From positions 784,130-848,129 of the forward strand of contig NW_005434657.1 of the NCBI RefSeq assembly GCF_000315625.1: a stretch of 64,000 bases of DNA, in the 5' to 3' direction. Of this stretch, positions 1 through 13,088 are shown one piece after another. The first letter of the stretch is position 1; every line of letters begins with the position of its first letter. A program made the position numbers and the translations under genes. This stretch comes from Guillardia theta CCMP2712 (Eukaryota > Protista > Cryptophyta). The notes under the pieces are model-generated. The model ran no database searches. It saw nothing but the letters and a program-made list of their open reading frames with translations, and was not told the DNA's origin.

Positions 1-196
1 GGCAAACTTCTTTGTAGACTGCATCGATTTTGACAAGGAGTCGAAAAGTTTGAGAGCTGGGTAGCGACCGACAAGGGAGAGGAGGAGAGGAGAAGAGGAG
101 GAGAGGAGGAGAGGAGGAGAGGAGGAGAGGAGGAGAGGTGGAGGAGACAGGTGTTGAGAGGACAGGGAAGGAGAGGGTTGAATCCTTCTCTTCTTC

Positions 197-3100
197 ATGC
201 TCCTCCCTTGCAAGAAGGTGACATACCCAAGGGCCCTCCTCCTCTTGCTCGCATGTCCTCTCCTCGCTTCCCCCATCCTCATCGAGAGACCGAGCAACGG
301 CAGCGAGTTCTTCCTAGACGATGGGGTGCAGGTGCTGCTGCACGTTCACCGACCCGCCATGGCGTGCGAAGGGAGCAACGACACGGTTCACCTGATGCTC
401 GATGGTGTCCCCGTCGCCGCAATGAGCATGCAACAAGCGCTGTCTCCGCATCCTACCTCCCTCGAGCGCCTCCGTCCTGGCCCCCACGTCCTCACGGTCA
501 TGCTCATGTCAAGATGCAGAGACAGAACGTGGGTGGAGGAGGATACAGCGTCCTTCGACGTGCTTGCTGAGTTGAGGATGGGGAGGACGATTGTGGAGGA
601 GAAGACGACGAGAGGAGGAGAGGAGCCTCTGACTGGTCTGGACGAGGTTGCTCTGAGGTATGCCTCCTTCTGCAAGCACGTAGGGCTCTTGCCTCGTTCG
701 TCTCCCTCGTTTCTCCTCCATGTCGTCATGGTAGCTGACGACCCTGAGCTCCTCCTCCTCCACATAGAAGAGCACGCCGACTTCGTCGACCTTCTCCTTG
801 TCCTCCAGGTCTGCTCCTCCGATCCCTGCGACAACATCGTCGACGCATGCCAGGAGCTCGCTCCCGCAATCCAGCCTTACCTCCACAAACTTCAGCATCG
901 CTTCCTCTTCGCGGCATCGGAGGAAAGCGCATGGAACGCCGTCGAGCTCCCGCTGGAGCTGCTGGAGGACGAGGACCTTGTGCTGGTGTCGAGAATTCTC
1001 CAGGTGCCCAAGAGGTCCTCAGTCAAGATGCTCCGCTTCTGCCAGTCCTTCCCGCTCCCCCTGCTCCTGCAGGCGAGTCTGTGCAGGAGAGACTTGCGAC
1101 ACTGCTTCCCTGCCTCGGACGGGCCGCGCGCAGCCACAGCAAGGATGATGAAGTCGTTCATGTCAGTTCACAAGCTGCGGGGCCTCGCGCTAGAGGATGA
1201 GGGGATGAGAATCCCTGCTGCTGCCTGGACCCTCTGCTGCTTCCCCTTACTTCACACAGCCTCCTCCTCCTCCTCCTCCTCCTCCTCCTCCTCCTCCTCT
1301 TTCTCTCCCTCCTCCTTCTCCTTGGGATCTCTTGTCAGTAACGTCTGTGAAGATGGTTCAGACCAGGAAGGAGGAGGAGAGTCGCAGGAGGACGTCTGTC
1401 ATGATCTCCCTGCTCTAGTCCTTTTCTCTCCTCGCTTGCGCTTCCTCGCGCGTCACTGCCCGGCGATCGCTGCTGCTGCTCCCTCAGTCTCTGCAGCCCA
1501 GCTCCAGCTCCCTCCCCTCCCCTCCCTTCCCAGCTCCATCAACAGTTGGATCAGCCTGCCGGATCACCCGGGGGTGTTCCAAGGGTTCGTGGCCTTTGTG
1601 GTCGTGCATGCCCGAGACAGGGAAGGGAAGGAGGTGGGGGCTGAGGTGCTGTGGTCCAGTGTGAACTCTTCCTATCTGTCCTTCCAAGTGACGGGAGCCA
1701 TCGCCTCCTCCTCCGTCGCCGACTTGCAGAGCTCTTCTCTCTTCCTGTGCTTCGTGCCCAGAGTGCGGGGGCAGCCGGGAGAGGAGGAGGAGCAGGCGGA
1801 GGCGGAGCAGGGAGTGAAGGAGTCGCAAGGAGAGCAGCAGCAGGTGGTTGTCAGGGTGTACATAGGAGGTCGTGAGGTCTCGAACAGTCCGATGATGGTG
1901 CAAGCAGAGGCGGCGAGGAAGGCAAGGAGAGGATGCGTGAGGCCAGGAGTGTCTGCGCTGGTGAATCCTTGTCAGCGGAAGAAGGAGGCAGACGCTCTGC
2001 CGCCTGAGGAGGAGGAGGAGGAGGAGGAGGAGGTGGTGGAGGAGGAGGAGGAGGAGGAGGAAGATCAAAGGAAGCAGAGGAGGAAGGAGAAGAAAGAAAG
2101 GGAAGAGGAGCAGAAGAAGAAGGTTGGAGTCAATGCGGAGGAGGATCGTTGGGGCTCTCGACCCTTGTACAGTGACGTCACACGGTTGTCTCTGAACCTC
2201 TACAGACTTCGAAACGTCTGCATTGCGAATCGAAGCATCCTCTTCTTCCCCATCCCCTCCTCCCCCTGGTTTCAGCTCGATCATGACCCCGTCCTCCTCC
2301 TCGGAAGGCACTGGTGGGGGCAGTGGAGCTCGAAGTACTGCTCCGTGACCTTGAAGCGAGGAAAGAGTCTCGTCGACTTCATGAAACAGAATGGCATCAA
2401 TCTGGATGACGGCGATGCTGGAGAAGCAGGAGCAGGGCCTGTGTATGTGACCCTGGAGGGCCCGTCCTCGCACTTTGGCCACACGTTCACAGACAGCATG
2501 CTGCCTCTCTTCGCAACGATCAGCTTCGTCGAGCAGGAGAGGAGGAGGGAGAGGAGGAAGATCGTAAGTTTGCACCGGATATGAAATGCTGCTGATGTTT
2601 TCATCTCACAGATCCTCTGGCCCCACTGCGCAAACTTTTGCCCCATCAAGGGAGACAGGAGGAGTCAGGGTAGATTCCGTGATCTCTTCTATGTAGCCAG
2701 CAGTCACCCGCAAGTAGACCTACTCTCCCTCTCCTCCTTCTCCCTATCCCTTCGCTGCCGCTGTTTCAAGGAGGTCGTCCTAGGAGAGCTCATCGACACT
2801 CGGGTCGGGTATCAGCGAGACAACCGCAGGACTGTTCCCTTCCTCGAGGACCTCGCCGACGCTGTTCGCATGCTCAGGAGGAACATCCTTGGCAGTACGG
2901 CATTTCGCAAAGTTGACCAGCGGGAGAGGAGGAGGATGACGTTGGTGAGGAGGAGGGATCGACTGGTAGTGAACATACATGGATTGGAGAGGTTGGGACA
3001 AGAGCTCGGTTTCCTAGCCTTCCAAGTAGACTGGGAGCACCTACGTCTCTTTCAGCAGGTCAGAGTTCTTCCTCCTCCTGTTCTGCCTTCTGTTCTCTCC

Positions 3101-3984
3101 TTCCTTCTTCCTGCTCACCTTGTGCTGTCAGATCCAAGTCATGGAGCAAACCGACGTCCTTGTTGGTGATCGTTCCAATCTCACTTGTTGCATCTGAAAT
3201 TCTCTCTCGTTTCCTCCCTACCTCCCCGTTCAATCTCCTCTGCTCTCCTCCCTTCTCTTCTCTTCTCTCCATCCTCCTCCCCTCTCCTCCTCCCCTCTTC
3301 TTGCCTCTCTCTCCCCATCTACCCCCTCTTCTCCCTTTCAGGTGTTTATGGTGCTGGCCTAGTCAAGATCGCCTTTGCTCGTCCTCTCAGTCTCCTCCTC
3401 GAACTTCTGCCCTACTGCCTTCACAACGCATCTGATTTCTGGGAGATCTCTTCATCCTTGTGGATCAGACATTATGTATGGAGGAATGCCTGTAAGATCC
3501 TACTCAGTCCCTTCCCTCTCTCCCTTCCTTCCTCCCCCCACTCTCCCTTCTCTCCTCCCTCCTGCGACTCTACCTTCTCTCCTCCCTCTTCCAAACTCTC
3601 TCTATGACTACCCGTCTTTCCTTCTTTGTCCTACTACCAATCCTCTCCTCTACATCCCTTTCCCCTCTTCGTTGCCCTTGCTTAAGCTTTCCTCTATCAG
3701 ATCGAAATGCCTCAAGCTGCTCGCTTCCTACTGTCTCATGCTTCCAGTCGGACTGCGGAGATGATCCTCCCGAGGGCAAGATGCTGCTGGCAGGGAGCAG
3801 TCAAGATCCCCTCAGGCAGGACACGCTAGTCAATCTCGACGACATGCGAGTCTTGTTTCTTGACATGCTCGCGTTCCTCGGGCATCGAGACTGGTCGAGC
3901 TCGGTTTTGGAAACAGCGTGCAGGCTAAGAGGAGGGCGGGTAGTGTGTCTGCAGTCCTTGAGCAAGGACGACCAGAGGATCTGA
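197..3984 (+). CDS. Secreted multidomain glycosyltransferase: signal peptide, Ig-like domain, degenerate GT17-like region, filamin-like repeat, C-terminal GT61 (DUF563) domain; multi-exon
   Basis: ORF 197-2584 has a hydrophobic N-terminus. GT-AG introns at 2564-2611, 3059-3131, ~3166-3341 and ~3492-3700 join GT61-type motifs SHFGHTFTDSMLP, RRRDRLVVN, VDWEHLRLFQQIQVMEQTDVLVGVYGAGL and LLELLP. Stop at 3982-3984. Confidence 0.75.
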
Positions 3985-4491
3985 ATGGACGAGACTGACG
4001 AAAACAACAACAAGAAACGAGGAGATGCTGTGTGTGACTGTGACAAGCTTGTGCGGGTTGTGATGCTACAGTCCTTGAGGAAGACATGGCCAGAAAGGAC
4101 AGGATACCAGGCCTCCTCCCTCTTCCTTCCTCTTCTCCCTCTTCCCTGCTCTCCTCCCCACGAGCTGTTGACGCGACTGTCAGTTCGCTTCTCCTGTCAT
4201 GGCCGCGGCTGCCGTCAAGTGGAAGGTGAGCAGGCGCGAGGAGGCAGAGCGCATGGAGCAGGGAGAGAGGGAGCAGGGGAGGAGCTCATGGGTAGCGGCA
4301 GGTGAGGCGATGCAGGACAAGCTGGTGGTTCTGCCGGCGCCAGGAGGAAGCATCAGCCGGTGTGGGGTTATTCTTTGTATGTCAAGCGCTAGGGAAGGAA
4401 GCGAAAGACGAGGAGGGAGAGGGTGAGGGCTGCGAGGAGGGTCGACATGTTATCAGAGGTAATCAAGTGAAAGGTTCAAGGCTTACCTCCT

Positions 4492-5606
4492 TCAGAGCTC
4501 CTTCTTGCCCTCCTCTCTGATCATGCCCTCCGGCAGCTCGCGCGTGTAGATGTACTTGTCCGACCCCTTGCCGAGCTGCAGCACACAAGTCAACCTCCCA
4601 TCTCCTCCCCCGCGCGTGAGCATCGCGCGACCCTCAGGCGTCACTGACCTCCTTCTCCGTCAGCGGCACGCGCCTGCGAGGCGAGTTAGGGGAGGGAGGC
4701 AGCAGGGTCAAGCGCGCAAGTACCTCTCCGACGACAGGTAGGCCGACAGGCTCGGCAGCGAGGCCATGCGGGTGACGAAGGCAGAGAGAGACTTGTATCC
4801 TGCCCGGTCCAGGTACTTGTCTCCCACCTCCTGTAGGGTGTAGAGCGCGTGGAACATCCCGACGTCGGCGTACGTCAGCCTGTCCCCGACGAAGTACTGC
4901 TTCGACCCCAGCAGACCCTCGCTCTTTTCCAAGTGCATACGCAGGGTCAGGACATCCGGTAGTGTGCTCTCAAGGCCTTCGTGTACTGCAGCTTTCCTCC
5001 CCATGATGTCCTTCGAGCCCTCGAATACCATGTCCACCATGCTCTCCTCCTCTTCCGTCGCCCCCGAGAGCCCCAGCTTCTTCGACAGGTACCGCACGAT
5101 GGCACCTGACTGTGCCAGCCAAGCCTCTGACCCGTCGTCCTTCTTCACATGCAGCACGGGCATCTGACCGAAAGGAGCAAAGGACTTGTACTCCTTGGTG
5201 GTGAAGTACATCACGCTGTCATCTGCCATCAACGCTATCAGCAGGGATGAAACGAGCAGCAAACACGAGCAGCAGACATGAGCAGCAGACATGAGCAGCG
5301 AACATGAGTAGCGAACATGAGTAGCGAACATGAGCAGCAAACATGAGTAGCAAACATGAGCAGCAGGGCATCTACAGGGGTAGCAGGAGGCGCTGGTGAC
5401 TCACATGGGGTCTGCGAGATCTCAAGGATGAGACGAGGGAGTTCGCCGAAGAGCTGAAGGCAGAAGTAGTGGAGCTCGTAACGAGGCTCACAAGCCCCTT
5501 GAGGACGAGACCTCAGGACGAATCGATCGAGCTCCTCGTAAACGGAGGCAGGGCCTCTCCTTCTTCCTCCTCCCTCTTCTCCTCTCCCTCCTCCCTCTCT
5601 CGCCAT
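4492..5606 (-). CDS. Glutathione S-transferase (sigma/pi-like cytosolic GST)
   Basis: YELHYF...GELPRLILE in exon 1, then intron 5223-5404. APFGQMPVL, LAQSGAIVRYL and YFVGDRLTYAD motifs follow. Two further short introns give the C-terminus RRVPLTEKELGKGSDKYIY...GKKEL*. Confidence 0.9.
5251..5366. repeat. 13-bp minisatellite (CATGAGYAGCRRA), ~9 copies, in the GST intron
   Basis: Tandem repeats read directly from the sequence. Confidence 0.9.
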
Positions 5607-6137
5607 CTCCCCGACTGCTGCAGGACTGCTGCTCGAACAAACTATTGCATCCCTCAGCCCCGCTCAGCCCGGGCCCTTTGCCCGGGTGCCAGCAGGGGTG
5701 CCAGCCCGGGTGCCCTTTTATTCCATGTTTAAAGAAAACATCATCCTGACTATTCTCAACGACTTGATGCTGATGCGCCTGCCAGTTCTTCTTGAATTGT
5801 TTCCTTAACTTCTTCACGAATGTATTCCATTTCAATCGCCCTCTGCGGAAACTGTAGCCCGAGTTCCATCCTTGAAGGCTCGTCTGCATTTAATGATTGT
5901 TCCGATCAGTGTCAGCTAGCACGTTGTTCATATGCTGCAGAAGATGGTGAGAGAGATGAAGCGGCGGATCAAGGAGCAGACAAGCCTGCAGTGCTTGTCC
6001 GACGTGAAGGAAGCGATCGACCTTGGGGATAATCGCATGCAGAAGATGGAGCAGGGAGTGTCTCGCATTTGGAGGTGTTTGTGGTCTTCGTGGAGTTTGC
6101 TCGGGCGTGTGAGGCAGAGAAGTTCATCACACCCGAG

Positions 6138-9100
6138 TCAGGCTGAAAGGGCGACAAGGGCAGGGACTGGCGTAGAAGGATCGCTGGTATCGAGAGAAGC
6201 GAAGGAGCTGCCCAAGAGGTCAAGTTCAACGGGGAGAGTCTGGTAAAGGTTCCTTCTCTATTTTCTTCACTGTCAGCGCTCACTTGTCCTGGGGAAACAA
6301 TGACTTGATAAAGCTGATGCCGAACAGCTCCTGCTCCTGCTCCTGCTCCTGCTCCTTGCCACCCTTGTTTTCGAAGCCGTGTTGGTAGATGATGTTTGAG
6401 TGCATGGTGCTGCTGTCTCTGATCTGCCTCAGCGAGGAGTCGTCAAGGGGTCGGTGCTCGTCGGAGGAGCTGTGAGCGACGCAAGTCTTCTCGACGTGGA
6501 TCCTCACGACGCTATCTCGCACTTTCCTCATCATTTCCTGATTGACGATGGGCAGGGTGAGCTCCTTCCCTTCTCCCTCCGTCAGCTCAGCCACGTCGAC
6601 TTGAACCAAGCCAACAAAGTCATCCTTTGACATCTGGAAAGAAAGTCAGTCAGAGCATAACGTTGCACGTCCAACTTCTTCATCACAATCATCTACATCC
6701 TTCTCCTCAATTAGGATCCTGGTCATCGAGTCCCTAATCATCATGACAATCATCGTAATCTCTAGCAGCCACAACCACAACCACAACCACAACCACAACC
6801 ACAACAACTCGTCCTCCTCCTTGTCTTCACCATGTCTTTATCCCAGACAGTGAGGAACATGGTTGTCGTCTGCGGCGTCAGCGTCCACTCGAACGTCTCG
6901 TCCCAGACGGGGTTGAGGCTCTTGGGGATAACAGAAGATGTGAAGGTTGACGTGCCTTGGCAGGAGTCGAGGAACAGGATGCAGTACGCGTCGCATCCTG
7001 ACAGCAGGTCCATCCTCGGAAGGTTCTTTGCGTCTAGCAGCCGCACCCGCAGCACCTGCTCCTCCAGATCCCCTTCTTGCCCTTCAACCTCCTCCATCCC
7101 TTCCTCCTCCAGCAGCTTCGCTGGCCTCCTCCCCTGCTCGGCCGCCAGCTCGTCGAGGTGCTGGAGAAGCCGCTGCTGGGTCTTGAGCAGCTTCATCTGC
7201 CCGATCTGCATGGCGATCTGCCTCCTCATTCCTTGCAGCGCGTGCAGCTGCTGCAGCTCCTCCACCCTTGTCTCGACCATGCCCGACGGGTCCATCCCGT
7301 AGCGCTGGATCAGGTCGAAAGCAGCCCAGACCTCCTGCTGACTCAAAGCGCTGCTGTCCTCATTGCAATCCTCAGTCCTCCCAAATGCCTCCGCTACCTT
7401 TCCGTCCACCCTGACTGTCACCTTCCCTATCTCCATCCCATCCTCCGTTCCGGCCATCTTGTCTTCTTCCTCCTTCTTTTCCTCCCTTACGCTCTTGCCC
7501 TTGCTAATCTTCTCGAGCGCTCGACGAGCAAACAGCGCCATGTCGAAGGGATCGACCTGAACTCCGTTTGACAGCAGCACAGACTTCTGCTTGCTGTACT
7601 TGTGCTCCACCAGGTCTCGCTGCGACTCTCTCGTCTCCATCGCTGCTTGCTCCTCCAGTAGTACCTCCTCCAGCATCCGATCCGACACGAACGCCTCCGA
7701 GCTCAGCATATTCCTAGCTCCGTTCCACGTTACGTCCACCAGATCGTCAAGGATACCCTTGGACACGGATGTCTCTCCCTTTACCGCCGCGTACGCGTCA
7801 ACCAGGATAGCAAGGAAGATGTTGAGGAGGAGGAAGAAGGCGATAAACAGGTAGCTCCACAAGAACACGTGGAACGCGACGTCAGGTGCCGCATGCGTCA
7901 TCTGCAGTCATGTCAGCTCTCCCACCCCTCGTCCTCTCCCTCTTTCTCTCCCTCCTCTCCCTCTCCCTCTCCCTCTCCCTTGCTCTGGTCACCTCCGAGT
8001 AAAACTGCGTTGTGTCCATGCTCAGCAGGATGATGATGAGGGTGATGCAGGAGCTGCTCATGTCCTTCATGCCCTGCCCTTCCATCTCAGCATGTCGGAC
8101 ATAAATCAGGAGCAAGAGCAAGAGGATCAAGAGCAAGAGCAAGAGCAAGAGCAAGAGCAAGAGCAAGAGCAAGAGCAAGAGCAAGAGCAAGAGCAAGAGC
8201 AAGAGGATCAAGAGCAAGAGCAAGAGCAAGAGGAGCAGGAGGACTATGTTCAACCTCGTACTGATGTCCAAACAGAAGGTTGCCGACTATGGCATAGGAG
8301 AAGAAAATAATCCCAAACAGCAGCATAAAGTGCGTCAGATCCTCAGCTGCCCGCGTGATCGTCCTCGTGACAAGCCCCATCCTCTCTTGGAAGTCAAGCG
8401 ACTTGAGCATCCTGAAGACGAAGAGGATGACGCTGACCCCCGCGAAGTAGGAGAACATGCTCATAGAGTCCGAGATCGTCGCCGCCTTGTCCAGCAGCTC
8501 CAGGAAGTCTGCCTCAGGCTTGCTGTTGACCCGGAACAACCGTGCCCCTGCTGCACCTGCTGTTATCGCTGACGCAACAGTGTCAGCGGAGGAAGAGGAG
8601 GTGCTGGAGGTGCCTTTCCTACGGGTCTCGGACGCGTAGTCAGGGCCGTAGAAAAGGATGGGGTAGTTCGGCTCCATGACGAAGGAGCGACAGTTGCGGT
8701 AGTGCAGGTAGCAGGCAACAGCAGTAGCCCACATGAAAAAGAAGTGGATCCAGTCGATCCAGTTGAAGGGATGGGAGAAGTAGGCGAGAAGGTTTAGTGC
8801 TCGAGCCTCTGACACCAGCTCCATCAGCTCCATATAGCAGTTCACCGCTAAGAAGGTCACGAGGATCGCAGCCAGCGCGTACTGGACGGTGGCAGAGGGT
8901 CCGGTGAAGAACTCGACGGAAAAGGAGTTGATCTTGTAGTCCCAGGGGATGCTTCCTGTCTGTTCCCATCTGAAGATGAACTCGTGGAAGGAGAAGATCT
9001 TCTCAGGCTGGTTGAACGTCAAGAACGTCACCTTGACCTCCCTCGTCTTGGAGTCGATATAGCTCCCGTCCTGCATGAACTGGATCATACTTTGTGCCAG

Positions 9101-12100
9101 CACCTGAGTGATTCGCTCGTCGAAGTAGAGCAAGAAGCTGTCCTTGTAGGCATCAATGATGTATTTTTCTTCCTTTAGCTTCTCCTCGTCCGTGTAGTTC
9201 TGTTTGAGCTCAGATGATGACAGCAGACCGTCACCGCTGCTGTCGTACACGTTAGTGTTGTACTTGTGCGGGAAGAAGCCGAAGGGGTAAGACAGCTCCG
9301 TCTTGTCTCCCGAGGTGATGACATGGCGTTCGCTGGGCCCGTAGTACTGCAGGGGAAGCAGCTTCGAGTTGTAGATTTGACTGGACGGCATGAAGATCGG
9401 GTCAAACCCGTACGGCTCGTCGTCTATCACTTCTGAGTAGCAGTTGTCTCTGGTCTTGCTTGCTTTCACGAAGTTGTTGATGTAGCTGTTGCTACTCTCG
9501 GTGCAGTTGGCGGACCTTGTTCGCTTCTGAGCGATCATGATGGCTCCTATAATCCTGTTGTTGGGCGTCACTGCACGAACTTTGGGCTCGAAGGGAGGGA
9601 TAACTTGCGGAGCCCCTTCCTCCTTGCTCCTGTACTTCCACACGCTGAACGAGCGAACGTCCGGGCAGTCAAGTTCGGAAACAAGCTTGTCTGCTCCCAC
9701 GCAAGATGGAAACTTTCCAGTTCCAGGACACTTGTCAGTAGGGCAGAGGCCGTCGACAGCATCTTGCTCGTCATTCTTGCAGAAGCTGCAGACGTCGCAG
9801 TATCCTGGAGCGCGACAGAAGAGGCTTGTATTGCAGTCATAGTGAGATTGACAACTCGCGTCTGCAGCGCCTCGTCAGTCTCACACGCATGTTCCCCTCC
9901 TCTCTTACCAATATCCCCCTGATATCCCGTCGTCTGCACCTTGAAGACAACCTCTGCTGTGACGGTGACGTTGAGGATCTGCGACAGCTCGCTCAAGCTC
10001 GGTAGCTTGGTTCGAACGTCCTTGACCACGCTCGAGGCGTCTACGGAACTGACGACGTAGATGTCTGTCTCAATGCTCGCCGAGACTGTTGACGTTGAAG
10101 AGTCTCTTGTCGTTTCATGCTCTTTGCCACGGATCGACAGCGCGCCCTCCTGCCGCTTCCTTGCAAACTTCCAGAAGGCATCCTTGCTGGAGAAGGCTCG
10201 AGAAGTGGCGGAGGAGCTCGAGGACGGAGGAGAGGACGAGGCTGCTTTGGCAGAGATACTGATGTTCACTTTGATGGCTTGAGTGTCCGGGGAGACGTAG
10301 GAGGAGCTGATAATGGAGTACAGGAGCGCCTTCCACTTGTCCTCGACGTCAGTGACGCTTCCGTTACCCGGGAGCGTGAGCTTGAGGGAGAGGTGAACCT
10401 GGGAGGTGGGAAAGAAGTAATTGCTGTAGGATACGATCTCACTCGCGTACATCTTACCCTCCTTGTCTGCAGCACAGTTGATCACAGAGATGGTCTTGTA
10501 CTTCATGACGCTCCAGTAGTCATCCCTGTATGGCTCTCGAATCGTAATCGTGGAACCGTTGGCGACAAGTCCAGGACATGAGCTCGCATCTGACCAGTCC
10601 GAACAGTCGCAAGTTAGAGCAGCTGGCTGACTGCCCCACGAGCTAGAGGTGACCAAGTAGCGAATGAAGGAAGAAGGAGACGTGACGGTCACTCGCTGAA
10701 CGTCCAGTACCGTGTAGCCGTACGTGGTCGCATATTTGACGGGTGTCAAGACAGGACGCTGAACCTCCAACGGACAATCGGCACCTCCCCATGTGATACA
10801 GACGTGAGCAAAAGTGTTGCCGTAGATACTCGCGTAGGCGACGAACCCGCCGTAGTTGGAGGTGAAGGTCCCAGGAATGTCCTGCATGGTTCCACAAAGT
10901 GAAGTGTAGCTTGAGGAATAGTAGCAGTCGTAGCGATTATTCGGGCAATCTGACAGTTGCAAGTAGGAGTTAGAACACATCTGGATTGCTTCGCCCAGTT
11001 CGAAGACTTTGACAGTTAGGTTGACAATGTCGGCTCCATCCGGCTGGATGTACCAACTACAATAGAAGTAGTAGTAAACATCCCCAGGAATCACGATTGC
11101 TCCAGACTGTGACGTGTAAGTTTGACCACAACTGACATCTCTCAACTCGTTGTGCTTCGCAAGGTCTTGACCCTTCGAGTCAAATCCTTGAGCCTTCACC
11201 TGATCCCCCTTGCTATTTCTTTGTAGAATCACATCTTCCTTGTTCTTGTCAACTTTCTCCATGCCCTCAGGATCACCTTTCTGCACAGAGCCCTCGCTCG
11301 CCTCCTCTCCATCATTATCATCATCAACATCATCATGTCGACGACGCTTCCTCTCTTCTCGCAGCCTTTGCCGCACAGATCGCTGATGCTCTGCCGCCTT
11401 CTGCTTGACAGCTCTCCGAGCCCTCGTCTGCTCGCATGGCTCCCCGGCCAGCTGGATCTGCTTCAAGTTGTTGGGGGAGTACAGGGACTCGAAGGAGTAG
11501 GTAAAGGGATCGGGGAAGATGCTGCAGAATTTGACCTGCCAGCCGGTCATCGCACCGAGAGCGTTGCGACATTAGCCTAACCTTGTTCAGCAGCTCTTCT
11601 GCTCCAGTGACGGAGTCTTGCACCTTGATGGTTCCGTTGAGCCCGTACTTGGAGACAAAGGCGTAGCTCAGATCTGACGACACCAGTCACCATCATCTCA
11701 CCATGACCGCAGCACTCGCAGCCATAAGGTGCATCGTCCTTTACTGCTAAATGCGGGAGAGAGGAAGCATTTCTCACCTTCAATGCTCAGAAAGTCGCAG
11801 AACTCCATGAGCTTGTCATCAGTTGAGCTCATCAGGTTGATAGGGTTGCAGACTGACGTCTGTACTGTATACGCATTCGACGCCCCTGTCTTCAGCACCT
11901 CCCTCGCGTTCCCAAAGATCTTCACGCCATTGCTCACTGGCAGAGCTGACAGGGAGCTGTCGCAGGTCTCGTCACTCCCAACACTTCCCACCAGCAGCAG
12001 CTTACTTGGGGTTGAGAGACATTCGAAGCGACAAGGCGAGGTCCTCGACGGCGCTCTCAGCGGACCTATCCTGATAGAGGTACAACAAGAGCTCGCCGTC

Positions 12101-12954
12101 GGGGACTTCGACAGACACTGAGCTCAGATTCATGTCGTTCTCGAAGATGAAATCTCCCATGGTTACGCTGAAGATGTTGTACAGGAAACGAGGGCGTTTG
12201 CTGTCTGTCTCCAACGTTGTTCCCTTGAAGTTGATTCCGAGCTCGGTGGCGCTGCTCTGTACGATATCTTCCAAGTGGATCACAAGATTTGATGTATTCT
12301 TGTACTGCCCGCAGTCCTTGGCGCACCCGAACCTCCCGAACCCGGGGTACTCGTCCGGGGTATCGCACTTGCCATCGCCACAGACAGGATCGCTGAAGGC
12401 CACGGAAGTCAACGTTCTCAACCTGACAGCAGACTTCAGTGAAAGTGATAAAATGATGTGAGAGTAGAGCGGTGGGGTCACCAAGAGTAGAGGTCATCGT
12501 TGTTGCTCAAGGATCCCGTAGCTTGATTCCCTGAGTTTGTGTAGCCTCCTGACCCCAGCGGAGAGAGGTTGCCGAGCAGGAGGTTGATAACGGAGATCTC
12601 GATCTTGAAGGAAGCCAGGATGTTTCTTTGCATGAACAGGAAGACGATGTAGATCACGAAGAAGCAGATGGTGGCTAAGAGTCGCATGTACGCGCCTGAC
12701 CTTTCCATCTTCTCTCGCACCTTCTCAAGCATCCCCTCTATCTGGATCTCTCTTGCTAGCTTTGTTCGACTTCGCTTCGAAAGTCCGAAGGTCTTCCGGT
12801 GCTCAGTGTCCTTGATCACGCTGTCCACCTGGTCCATGTCCTCGAAGAGGCTCGTGACGGGCTCGTTCAGCAGGCTGTTCACTTCTTCTGCCGTGATCTT
12901 CCTCCTCCCCTTCCTGCTGCTCCTCAGCATCGATGACACCACAGCCCCTTGCAT
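6138..12954 (-). CDS. PKD2: Algal-type polycystin-2 (PKD2/TRPP) cation channel with a very large extracellular loop (Cys-rich, CUB domain) and a cytoplasmic C2 domain; many exons
   Basis: S1 YMRLLATICFFVIYIVFLF; DPVCGDGKCDTPDEYPGFGRFGC; NNRIIGAIMIAQKR; DGSYIDSKTREVKV; S3-S6 region YFSHPFNWIDW, RMLKSLDFQERMGLVTRT, LLLNIFLAILVDAY; C2 RLLDAKNLPRMDLLSGCDAYC...LNPVWDETF...VWDKD...DDFVG. All ORF junctions checked are bridged by in-phase GT-AG introns. The last exon and stop (6138) are uncertain. Confidence 0.9.
8109..8240. repeat. (GAGCAA)n microsatellite in a PKD2 intron
   Basis: Direct read; it produces spurious poly-LA and poly-QE ORFs. Confidence 0.9.
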
Positions 12955-13088
12955 GGCGCCACCGACTTCCAAAATGTCAACTTAGAGTCCTAGCTCGTGT
13001 ATGGTCCAATAAGATAGGACCAGGTGCTATTATCTTGGCATAGGACGGAGCCGAGATACGCTCTCATTGAGCGGCTTTCAAGGTTAGA

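Noticed and set aside
4492-4510. C-terminal KKEL of the GST as an ER-retention signal
   Set aside because: No signal peptide is visible at the N-terminus, so it is likely coincidental.
5730-6130. Separate small gene between GST and PKD2
   Set aside because: Short ORFs on both strands have no recognisable motif or consistent splice model; the region may be PKD2 3' exon or UTR.
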